This document shows positions 9,801-18,759 of a stretch of DNA of 64,000 nucleotides, piece by piece. Source of the stretch: Patescibacteria group bacterium (GTDB lineage Bacteria; Patescibacteriota; Patescibacteriia; UBA9570); assembly GCA_041665365.1 (NCBI GenBank), contig JBAYIY010000005.1:5946-69945 (forward strand), given 5' to 3'. Both the position numbers and the translations under genes were made by a program. The notes below the pieces were generated by a model that ran no database searches, had not been told where the DNA came from, and saw only the letters and a list, made by a program, of their open reading frames with translations. The first letter of the stretch is position 1, and every line of letters starts with the position of its first letter.

Positions 9801-10580
9801 CTATTTACTCGACTCAACGGATTGATGCCACAACGTATAGAAGATATGTGCCTGATGATTGGCTAATTCTTTATTATGAATCGTAATACCAAATAGTTCT
9901 TGCCCGGGGAAAATGTAGGCTACGTGATCGGCGTAAATTAATTGATCACAGGTAGCACCAAGTTGACGCTGGCTTGATTCTGGAATTATTTCCTGAATAG
10001 TACTGCGCGCGACCGTATATGAACCGGAGGTTTCTAGAATCATTTTCAAGTGTAGATCTTTTTCCTTGCTGCGTAACATGATCTCCTCTAAAAATTCTAG
10101 ATACCGGCCATGCAGCGTGGGTGTATAATCCACCGCCGCGAGCACTAATAAATCGTCACCCTTTTTGGAATAAGTTAAAGCCTCATCCCAAATTTTGGCA
10201 ATCGCTTCCTGTGCGCGGAAATAATGAATCTCCAAATCTTCCGGTACTGACGCATAGAGAACATTTAATTCGCCAATTAGATTAGGCATGTCGGTGGCCA
10301 ACTTATCCAAATTGCGGCGCTCTTGTTCAAACACGGTCAGTAATTTAGCCGGTTTGGCCACTTTGCATTTTTGCCCATAGCTGCGCACATCCATATCCGC
10401 TAGCCCCTTTTGATTCAAGACTTTAAAAATATTGTAACCAGTCATGCGGGATAATCCAGCCCGTTCGGCAATTTGCGGAATCGTGGCTAAACCCAACTCT
10501 AATCCGGCCACATAAAATTTTATATCGTTGTCCGTTAAACCAAGTTGTAAAAGATCTTTCTTAATTTTGCTTGTGATCAT
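9801..10580 (-). CDS. TrmB-like transcriptional regulator
   Basis: LLQLGLTDNDIKFYVAGLELG..IAERAGLSRMTGY winged-helix N-terminus; C-terminal effector-type domain (IYADHVAYI..GITIHNKELA..FYTLW). Confidence 0.8.
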   Translation of the reverse strand: MITSKIKKDLLQLGLTDNDIKFYVAGLELGLATIPQIAERAGLSRMTGYNIFKVLNQKGLADMDVRSYGQKCKVAKPAKLLTVFEQERRNLDKLATDMPNLIGELNVLYASVPEDLEIHYFRAQEAIAKIWDEALTYSKKGDDLLVLAAVDYTPTLHGRYLEFLEEIMLRSKEKDLHLKMILETSGSYTVARSTIQEIIPESSQRQLGATCDQLIYADHVAYIFPGQELFGITIHNKELANHQAHIFYTLWHQSVESSK

Positions 10581-10690
10581 AGGTTATCATGTGCCGTAAC
10601 GTGGTCAAACGTGATTATATTTCTACCTGTGGAAAATGAATAAAATAGCTAGCCTTAGGTTAGCAGATTAACCAAACATGTCAAATCAAC

Positions 10691-12307
10691 TTATACTACA
10701 GTTTTTGTATAACAGTCTTCACAATACACTAACTCTTTTCTATCTGGTGAATAAGTGGTTTCAAATTCGGTTTTACAACCAGTATTCATGCATTGTTTAT
10801 GCCATAATTGATACGGCACACGATGTTTCATACGCTCAATATGTCGGCAGTCTGGGCAAATTTCTGGCCAGGGTATGTTCTGAGTGGCGTAAAACTTCAA
10901 TTCTTGCGGAATTAATTTAAAACTCTTGTGACAGTGTGTGCAATCATAAATTTGTTTAGTCGCATCGGCTTTACCATAAGTGCCAGGCAGCTGATCTTGC
11001 CACATCCAACCGCTAGCGCGCGCTTGCGCTTTGGTTAGCGGAAACATTTCTTGGGCCATCGTCTCATTATACGCATAGGTAGACAGCGCCGGCGAAAAGA
11101 ATTGACCCCACTCGCCGGTTTGTTTCATGTGCTCGATTAATTTATCTTTCAGTGTATTATAATCTGTCTCAGAATACTGTTTATTTAAAATGCAATATTT
11201 TTCATTTTTTAAACCAATACAACCAAAACAATTTTCCGGTCCATTTAAACATTGATCACAGTACAAGTTATTTTGCCCATGCCAAACAATATTACAAAAC
11301 CAATTACCATACGCTTGTCCACCACAAGCATGCGCTTCATAGAGCAGCTCGGCTTCTTCACCGTAAACGGTAAAATCGTAGCAATCTTTCGATTGAAAGA
11401 TGCCAAAACAATACGCACAATGTTCTGAGGTTTTTGTTTGAAAGGAAAATGTTGTAGCCAGATTGCCGACTAAATAATCACCACTACTCATCTCATTGCG
11501 TAAACCACGATAATACTTATACGGTACTGTCAGGGTGAATTCATTAAACTCATCACGCGCTCGGTTAATGCCTGCCCGAGTATCTAATTGATAACTAGCT
11601 AACTTTTTAGCATAGTCTTCCGGGTTATATTGCTGATTAAAAATACAATACGATTTGTTCCGTAAACCCACCGACATAAAACAATTTGAACATCCATTAC
11701 AATCTGTTAAAAAATATGAATCGCGACAATTATTAACATGCCACGAGTAATTGACATTGTAACAATCCTCACTATGCGTGGTTTCGTAACACAGCTCACA
11801 TTTGTGGTTATAACTGCAATCAATTGAATCTTTTACATAGTAGATGCCCAACGAATATAAGGAATTTTCACAATCAGTGGCATCGTACACCATGTAACAA
11901 TTCTTTAATCTATAAACGTGATTACAATAATCACTATTTTCCCCGGTGGCATCATTCATTAAAGCAATGCGCGGTACACGCTGTTTGAGCTCTAACAGTT
12001 GATCAAACAACGGTCGCGTAAAATCAATGTCTTGACCATAATCAAGTGGGTTCCATGTATCACTCCACCAACACGTGCGACAATACACTGTATACTTTTT
12101 ATCCGGTGAATACACAGACAAAGTATTATTACCACACACCGCACACTGGCGTTGATATAAAGTATGTTCATTACGATTCGTTAAACGTAATTGAAACCGA
12201 CACGCCGGACACCGTACCGGCTTAGGTACGCCCAAACGCTTGTAATAAGCCTGATCCGCCTCAGTAATGATGAAACTATGTTGACAGTGCTGACAAGTTG
12301 TTTCCAT
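10691..12307 (-). CDS. Cys-rich paralog 3
   Basis: Same architecture; C-terminal FETTYSPDRKELVYCEDCY. Confidence 0.9.
   Translation of the reverse strand: METTCQHCQHSFIITEADQAYYKRLGVPKPVRCPACRFQLRLTNRNEHTLYQRQCAVCGNNTLSVYSPDKKYTVYCRTCWWSDTWNPLDYGQDIDFTRPLFDQLLELKQRVPRIALMNDATGENSDYCNHVYRLKNCYMVYDATDCENSLYSLGIYYVKDSIDCSYNHKCELCYETTHSEDCYNVNYSWHVNNCRDSYFLTDCNGCSNCFMSVGLRNKSYCIFNQQYNPEDYAKKLASYQLDTRAGINRARDEFNEFTLTVPYKYYRGLRNEMSSGDYLVGNLATTFSFQTKTSEHCAYCFGIFQSKDCYDFTVYGEEAELLYEAHACGGQAYGNWFCNIVWHGQNNLYCDQCLNGPENCFGCIGLKNEKYCILNKQYSETDYNTLKDKLIEHMKQTGEWGQFFSPALSTYAYNETMAQEMFPLTKAQARASGWMWQDQLPGTYGKADATKQIYDCTHCHKSFKLIPQELKFYATQNIPWPEICPDCRHIERMKHRVPYQLWHKQCMNTGCKTEFETTYSPDRKELVYCEDCYTKTVV
10709..10746. 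repeat. 38 bp exact repeat shared by the 3' ends of paralogs 3 and 5
   Basis: ATAACAGTCTTCACAATACACTAACTCTTTTCTATCTG at 10709-10746 and 14460-14497. Confidence 0.9.
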
Positions 12308-12314
12308 AAGGTGA

Positions 12315-13877
12315 TTAATATATTAGCTTATTGTAACACCCTTCACAATACACTGTTTCTTTTCTATCTGGTGCATAAGTGGTTTCAAACTCTACCTGAC
12401 ACCCTTTATTCATACATTGACGGTGCCATAAGCGACGCGGATTGCGTAATTTCATTCTATCCAAATGTCGGCACTGCGGACAAAGCTGCGGTACTGGCAA
12501 ATGCCATTGCTGATAATAGGCCAGTTCATTAGCAACTAGGCGATAATTTTTCGCACAGCGCTGACAGGTTGGTAGATTATCAACCTGGTTGTCTAGCTGT
12601 TTTGTGACAGTTTCAGCCATAGGAAAATACTCCTGAGCCACTGTGTCTTGATATGGAAATGGCGACAGTGACAATGGAAAAAATTCTCCCCACTCCCCGT
12701 GTTGTGTCATACCTTGTTTAATTTGTTTTACCAAAGTATTATAATCTGTTTCCGAATAAGACTTATTTAAAATACAATATTGTTGTTTACGTAAACCAAT
12801 GCAACCAAATAAATTCTGGCTGGTAAAACAATGATCACAATAAAACAAATTGGAATTCCCATCCCAACAAATATTTAAACCAAGACTGTTTTTAGTCTGT
12901 AAACTACTATGACATTCGTAAGTTAACTCATTCTCAACTCCACCAATAAATAAATCCCGACTGTCCTTTGTTTGCCGCACATCAAATACATAAGCTGTTT
13001 GCTCCTGGTCAATCACATCAAACCCATAAGTAGTTTGGTAACAATTTTTCATTAAATCACCGGAAGATTGTTCACAATTAATTTGCTCACTGGCTAAATG
13101 CGGTAACGCTATTTCTAGTTTAGCTAGTTGAGCGCGATACTGTGCAATCGTTTCATGTGTCCAATTAACCGCCGCTAAACGTGCTCGGTAGTCAGCTTCA
13201 CTTAATTGTTCATTGAACCAACAAAACTTTTTATTGCGCAAATTAACACAGCCAAAACAATCGCTGCAGTTACGACACGCATATGAAAAATAACAATCCC
13301 GACAATTAACACAGCGTTGTGAAAAAAACACTTGATAACAATCACTGCACTCAACTATTTCGTAACACAATTCACAGCGATACGGCATAATAAAATCCAT
13401 ACAGTCACGCGAGTGAAATGGAAACATACCATACAGACAATTTTCATTATCAATGCCACCGGCTGACAAATATAAATTTTTCCCGGCTACTGCCCACGGC
13501 GCATAATCGCAATTTTCACAATTGCGAGTGGTAATGGCCATGCGCGGCACCACTAATTGTAAAGCCCGAATTTGCTCAAAAAAAGATTGACCCGGTTGAT
13601 ATACCCGACCAAAACTAAGTGGATCCCAAACATCAGACAACCAGCAAGTTTGACAGTATATGGTGTATGGGCTATCTGGTGCATATAATGAAATCACTGC
13701 TTTGCCACATAAGCGGCACTTATCTGCGTACAAACTCCGCTCATTCCGCCACGCCAAGCGCCGCTGTTGCCGACAATCTGGACACAAGGTTGGCTGCGGT
13801 ACAGCCATACGTTGATAAAACTCCAGATCGGCTGGATAAATGGTAAATGTTTGCTGACAATTAGTGCACTTACTCAT
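12315..13877 (-). CDS. Cys-rich paralog 4
   Basis: Same architecture; start placed at ATG 13877 (MSKCTNC) by alignment with the paralogs; overlaps the toxin stop codon. Confidence 0.9.
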   Translation of the reverse strand: MSKCTNCQQTFTIYPADLEFYQRMAVPQPTLCPDCRQQRRLAWRNERSLYADKCRLCGKAVISLYAPDSPYTIYCQTCWLSDVWDPLSFGRVYQPGQSFFEQIRALQLVVPRMAITTRNCENCDYAPWAVAGKNLYLSAGGIDNENCLYGMFPFHSRDCMDFIMPYRCELCYEIVECSDCYQVFFSQRCVNCRDCYFSYACRNCSDCFGCVNLRNKKFCWFNEQLSEADYRARLAAVNWTHETIAQYRAQLAKLEIALPHLASEQINCEQSSGDLMKNCYQTTYGFDVIDQEQTAYVFDVRQTKDSRDLFIGGVENELTYECHSSLQTKNSLGLNICWDGNSNLFYCDHCFTSQNLFGCIGLRKQQYCILNKSYSETDYNTLVKQIKQGMTQHGEWGEFFPLSLSPFPYQDTVAQEYFPMAETVTKQLDNQVDNLPTCQRCAKNYRLVANELAYYQQWHLPVPQLCPQCRHLDRMKLRNPRRLWHRQCMNKGCQVEFETTYAPDRKETVYCEGCYNKLIY

Positions 13878-14139
13878 AAACGTCACGCCGATGTCCAACA
13901 TCAAGAATGATTAATTTAATTGTCGAAAAAGATTCATGACTTAATTGTAAAATCACCCGATAATCACCTACCCGCAAACGATGTGTGGCTGGAGCAAAAT
14001 TATGCAACGGTTTTAAAACCGATATTATATCCGGATGGGTTTTAAGCTGTTTTAGTTTGCTGACAATTCGGCTCTGTTGTACGACATGTAATTTTTTGAA
14101 TCGTTTCTCAGCCCACTGACTAAAAACAAAAGTAACCAT
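13870..14139 (-). CDS. Type II toxin, RelE/ParE family
   Basis: 89 aa, basic; F...AEKRFKKL..RI..KL, HRLRVGDYRVI, ILDVGHRRDVY. Confidence 0.92.
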   Translation of the reverse strand: MVTFVFSQWAEKRFKKLHVVQQSRIVSKLKQLKTHPDIISVLKPLHNFAPATHRLRVGDYRVILQLSHESFSTIKLIILDVGHRRDVYE

Positions 14140-14141
14140 GT

Positions 14142-14390
14142 TTAAATGACTAAACTACTAAGACCAGATTTAGCTGATTGTTGATAACGCCGTTGCAATT
14201 TTTCAGCATTTTTATTCATGGCAAAATCTTCTAAATAATCACTAATGGTGTCATCACAACCATCAAAATACGGTAACATAACAATTCTACCTTTGCCGTG
14301 ATTGGTGACAATATAGCTTTTGTCTGCAATGGCAGTAGAAATGGTTCCAATGCGTTGTTGTACTTCAGTTGTAGTAATAATACTAGTCAT
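14142..14390 (-). CDS. Type II antitoxin, Phd/YefM-like
   Basis: 82 aa; ITTTEVQQRIG..YIVTNHGK..IVM; directly upstream of the RelE-like toxin. Confidence 0.8.
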   Translation of the reverse strand: MTSIITTTEVQQRIGTISTAIADKSYIVTNHGKGRIVMLPYFDGCDDTISDYLEDFAMNKNAEKLQRRYQQSAKSGLSSLVI

Positions 14391-14415
14391 AGTTATATTT
14401 TATTTAATATATATT

Positions 14416-14445
14416 ATCGTATACTATTTCATATATTTATGTCAA
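14416..14445 (-). promoter_or_regulatory. Putative TA promoter
   Basis: TTGACA (overlapping the paralog 5 stop codon)-18 bp-TACGAT in an AT-rich gap. Confidence 0.5.
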
Positions 14446-16013
14446 GCTACTATTCTTTGATAACAGTCTTCACAATACACTAACTCTTTTCTATCTGATG
14501 CATAAGTGGTTTCGAATTCGTTTTTACAACCTTTATTCATGCATTGACGATGCCACAAGGTCATTGGGTTTTGAAATTTGAATCGTTCCGCCAGACGACA
14601 GTTTGGGCACAAGTGTGGTTGGGGTAGACGCATCTTTTGATAAAAAGCTAGCTCTTGGGCAATAATCTTAAATGGGTGGGTACACTGGGTGGTTTTGGTT
14701 TCAGTTAATGGAAAATATGCTTGAGCCAAAGTTTCATTATAAGTATACATGGATAAATCTAATGGAAAAAATTCACCATACGTGTATCTCAGACCTTTGG
14801 TATCAACGTACGGCATGTCGATCATGTGTTGTTTAATTTTTTTGACTAGATCGTGGTAAGCAGATGCAGAATACTGTTTATTTAAAATACAATACTGTTT
14901 TTTTCTGACACCGACACAACCGAAGATATCGGCTGAATTTATGGCTAACAGCGCATATTCTAAATTACGACAATCCGGCCAGCTCATGATACTAAATTTC
15001 ACATTGTAAACATTCTCCCCTACCCCCACACATTCATAGGCTCGCTCCACATTATTACCCCAGGATAAATAATCATAAGAGTCACGTATGGGATTAAGCC
15101 CACTTAACATAATGTATTTGCAATTTTCGGCCTGACTAACTTGATAAGCCTGATAAGTATGTCTAGAATTATCAACATAATCGCCAGACACACTGTCATT
15201 TTTTTTACCATGCATGTATTTTACTGGGTATTGCAACCAATTATTACTCGCTTCAGTTTTGAGCCGGTGTATTTCAGTATTAGATGTAAAGTCTACGCTC
15301 GCTAATTTAGCCAGGTAGGTGTCTTTATCCAGTGGCTGATTAAACCAATAATAATTTTGATTATGCAAATTAGCTGACCCAAAACAATTGGTGCAACCAA
15401 CTAAATTTCGTGAAAAATATATATCACTAGAATCATTACAATCAATCGAGTAAAAGGTGCGATAACATTTTTTTATGTTACTACTCCAATAACACAATTC
15501 CGACTCGTCAACCATGTTGCAATCAAAACAATCTTTAGATTTAGTGATATTATCGCAATAATAAGAATCTTCGACATAATCAGAATGAAACACCAGATAA
15601 CAATTTTTTAAATGACCCACATTCATACAGTAGTCACTATTCTCCAATGTGGGAGTGTCAGAGCATAATGCCATCAAGGGCACGCGCTGCATGAGTTGTT
15701 TAAATTGTGTAAAAAACGGTTTAGAAAAATCATAGTCAGTGCCATATGTCATCGCCTCCCACTGGTCAGACCACCAACAAGTGTTACAGTACACTGTATA
15801 AGGTTTATCTGAGGAATACATTGATAACATTGACTTACCGCATAAATCACACTGGTCTTGATACAACGACCGCATGTTATAAAAACTCAACCGCCGAATT
15901 AACCGACACTGTGGACACCACGTGGGTGGTGGCACAGCCATTTGTTTATAAAAATCTAAATCCATTTGATCAAGCACAAAGCGTTGCTGACAGCGAACAC
16001 ATTGTTTAATCAT
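14442..16013 (-). CDS. Cys-rich paralog 5
   Basis: Same architecture, with a shortened third zinc ribbon; ATGA overlap with the upstream orphan. Confidence 0.9.
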   Translation of the reverse strand: MIKQCVRCQQRFVLDQMDLDFYKQMAVPPPTWCPQCRLIRRLSFYNMRSLYQDQCDLCGKSMLSMYSSDKPYTVYCNTCWWSDQWEAMTYGTDYDFSKPFFTQFKQLMQRVPLMALCSDTPTLENSDYCMNVGHLKNCYLVFHSDYVEDSYYCDNITKSKDCFDCNMVDESELCYWSSNIKKCYRTFYSIDCNDSSDIYFSRNLVGCTNCFGSANLHNQNYYWFNQPLDKDTYLAKLASVDFTSNTEIHRLKTEASNNWLQYPVKYMHGKKNDSVSGDYVDNSRHTYQAYQVSQAENCKYIMLSGLNPIRDSYDYLSWGNNVERAYECVGVGENVYNVKFSIMSWPDCRNLEYALLAINSADIFGCVGVRKKQYCILNKQYSASAYHDLVKKIKQHMIDMPYVDTKGLRYTYGEFFPLDLSMYTYNETLAQAYFPLTETKTTQCTHPFKIIAQELAFYQKMRLPQPHLCPNCRLAERFKFQNPMTLWHRQCMNKGCKNEFETTYASDRKELVYCEDCYQRIVA

Positions 16014-18757
16014 ATATTTTTCAGCTCATTTAGTCTTTTTTTCACTCTTTCATGAACTGATTGAGCCACGGCTGATTTATCTGAATCCATAAAACAACTC
16101 TCTAGTCTGGTTAATATACTAGATTGCGTTACAGCTTCACCAGCCCCAAATACTCGTTTTCTAATGGCAAGATTAATTTCACGTATTACTATTTTTTTTA
16201 ATTCTTGTGCCAGTGCTCTAACTTGATTTGGTAATAATACTAACACCGCTTTTTGAAGATTATCTATTGATCCAGGGATCAATTTCTTTACTTCAGCAGT
16301 TGTAGAGTTATGCTGAAACATTACTACACCTGACCAAAGGGCAGCTCTGTAATCTTCTTGGTAACACAGACGCAGAGACAATTGATCAATTGCCTGTTCA
16401 CCCTGTTGCATGCTAATAAAACCAGGATCATTTGGAATATATTGTTCAGCTAAACGAAATAACTTTGTCTGCCAATCATGTTTGTAATTTATTATATTAT
16501 CAAAATATATATTATCAAAAAGATTAGGATCATCATCTCTCATTTTTTTTAAAGTATCTCTCCACTGATCTAAAGTTGTAATTCTATCTATTTTTTTTGT
16601 TTTAGGTTGGCCTTCTTCATAAACTGTAACTTCTTGTGCTTCAAGTGGTTTGGCAAACTCAAGTAAGGCATTATACTTTGGATCAAATAATTTTTGTAAT
16701 AAAACTTTCCGGTCGGCTTCGGGCATGGCTTCAATAATCGCCTCAAAATCACCCTCGCGTACTATTCTACCCCATTGTTCTACAAATTGATCAGGTGTTA
16801 CGATGCGTTGTAGTACCCGATATATCGCTCCCGGTTCACCGTTTGGTCGGTAATTATAAATTGTCTCTATATATTTTTTAAATTTCTCTGATTCTGGAAC
16901 ATTTGGGTCATCTTCAATAAGACGTTGCCCAATAATAAACACTTTACTATCTACTTCTTTCGCCATCGCATAAAGTCTAGTTGGTTTAAGAATTTTTCGC
17001 CAAACTGCTGCCACAGTTTTTGGTTTAACCCCCTGTCTTTTTTGCCAGGCACGACGTGCTCGTTGAAACGTAGATTCATCTTTCATAGCTTGCGCCTCAC
17101 GTTCTACTAATCCATCATACCATTTCAACCATTGTTCTTGAGTGATATTTGGATGCGCTTCCCATACATCTCTTAATCCAAGTTGACGATCCAGTCGATG
17201 TAGTCTTTGTTCTTTAGTCAAATCATGCTGAAATTCATCACACAGTAACGCTGTATCAGATACAGTTTCCCAAATTTGTAAGCGCATATCTTCAAATATA
17301 GGTCCAGTTAGGGTTTTTAATTTCATAGTTCCAACACGAGCCTCTTTAATTTTTTTAATCTCAGGATCATTTTGCATAACTTCAGGTAAACTATTCCAAG
17401 TAGCAAAAAATACATCTGGAGTACCAGTTTTAAGACGGTGTAGAGTTCTTTCACGTTCGGCAAAGGAGACAACTTTCAACATGGCTTCAAGATCATGGCG
17501 GATTTTGTACCCCGGCATAAACTGCATATACATACCAGCTAACAACACTGGGTGAACTGTTTGCTCAGTGGCCGCTTGTCTAAATTGAGCATCAATAGTG
17601 CGCATGGCAGCATCAGAGATGGCGGTTAATTCCGGCATGGGGGTATCAACCTCAAGTAAGGCTTCAACTCGTTTTTTAAATAGTTGTAGACCTTCATTAT
17701 CTTCTGGAATGGATAAATGTAATGACCGATATAAGGCGAGATGAAACACATTACCAAATACCCCACTGCGAGCGGCGGTTGGCTCGGCATAATCATGGCC
17801 AGGGGTAACGCCGATCATTTGTAAAAACAATAATGGATTAGTAGCTTTAACTTTTTCAGCAGCATTAAGTAAGGCAATAACATCTTCAGAATCACCATGG
17901 GCAAAGTGTAGCGTGGCGCGATAATCAGCCAGTTCAGCTGGAGACATGTCGTCTCGTAATAGCTTACTGTGTTCATCAATCCAAGTAATCAGCGTTTGAT
18001 AAGCCGCGTGATCCGGGGCATGTTCTAAATCATAGGCTAAAGTATCTGATCGACGCCGTAATTCATTGGGTAAAGTACGTGGTGCCCTATCACGCCTGAT
18101 CTCTAATCTGGTTTGCCAATAGTCTTGATGAGTTGCACCATCTAATGGATCAATTTCTCCCACCCATTTAATAGCTTCTTTACCGGGATGAACCGGGGTA
18201 GTGAAATCTAAAATTGGAAAAGTAGGATCTTGGTCATGCACTGCCTGCATCAAACCAAATAATGAAGTGACGCGTTCGGCACCGGCTTCCCCCCTGTATA
18301 GACCAGTTTGAACAGCATCTAAAACATCAATCGTTCTAATCAGTTCCTGTAGATTATAAAATTTTGGGTTTAATTCACCAATTAAATATCCTTGTAAGGT
18401 GCGTAGTTGAGTTTGTTCAGCTGGGTTTAATGGTGCACCATTTCCTGCCGCGCGATAGAGTAATGCTGGATACGATGTATTTACAGCAAAAGCCTCTAAG
18501 CGTGTTTCAATGTCCCCCACTAATACCACTGCATCAGACTTATCCGCTACTCGTCTGGATAAACTCTCTAAGGCTCCATCGTTGGTACCAGTTCTAAAAG
18601 TAACATCTAAAACTTGCTGCGCCGACTTAGGTGGGACAGTTTTGATCTCATCTTTAACTATTTCTACACCAGTATCGGCAGGTTGCAATTTACGACCTGT
18701 ATCCACAGTTCTTGCTTGTTTTCCTCTTCTCCCTCTACCTCGAGTTTCTACAGACAT
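16010..18757 (-). CDS. Large hypothetical protein (~915 aa), likely helical and soluble
   Basis: Long uninterrupted ORF; ATG at 18757 lies 2 nt after the ATPase stop; no family recognised. Confidence 0.85.
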   Translation of the reverse strand: MSVETRGRGRRGKQARTVDTGRKLQPADTGVEIVKDEIKTVPPKSAQQVLDVTFRTGTNDGALESLSRRVADKSDAVVLVGDIETRLEAFAVNTSYPALLYRAAGNGAPLNPAEQTQLRTLQGYLIGELNPKFYNLQELIRTIDVLDAVQTGLYRGEAGAERVTSLFGLMQAVHDQDPTFPILDFTTPVHPGKEAIKWVGEIDPLDGATHQDYWQTRLEIRRDRAPRTLPNELRRRSDTLAYDLEHAPDHAAYQTLITWIDEHSKLLRDDMSPAELADYRATLHFAHGDSEDVIALLNAAEKVKATNPLLFLQMIGVTPGHDYAEPTAARSGVFGNVFHLALYRSLHLSIPEDNEGLQLFKKRVEALLEVDTPMPELTAISDAAMRTIDAQFRQAATEQTVHPVLLAGMYMQFMPGYKIRHDLEAMLKVVSFAERERTLHRLKTGTPDVFFATWNSLPEVMQNDPEIKKIKEARVGTMKLKTLTGPIFEDMRLQIWETVSDTALLCDEFQHDLTKEQRLHRLDRQLGLRDVWEAHPNITQEQWLKWYDGLVEREAQAMKDESTFQRARRAWQKRQGVKPKTVAAVWRKILKPTRLYAMAKEVDSKVFIIGQRLIEDDPNVPESEKFKKYIETIYNYRPNGEPGAIYRVLQRIVTPDQFVEQWGRIVREGDFEAIIEAMPEADRKVLLQKLFDPKYNALLEFAKPLEAQEVTVYEEGQPKTKKIDRITTLDQWRDTLKKMRDDDPNLFDNIYFDNIINYKHDWQTKLFRLAEQYIPNDPGFISMQQGEQAIDQLSLRLCYQEDYRAALWSGVVMFQHNSTTAEVKKLIPGSIDNLQKAVLVLLPNQVRALAQELKKIVIREINLAIRKRVFGAGEAVTQSSILTRLESCFMDSDKSAVAQSVHERVKKRLNELKNI

Positions 18758-18759
18758 AA

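Noticed and set aside
6458-16013. Diversity-generating retroelement (TR/VR pairs) explaining the repeats
   Set aside because: No reverse transcriptase in the window, all repeat copies are coding, and mismatches are not adenine-specific
6458-16013. Integron cassette array
   Set aside because: Most genes overlap or are a few bp apart, leaving no room for attC sites; no integrase seen
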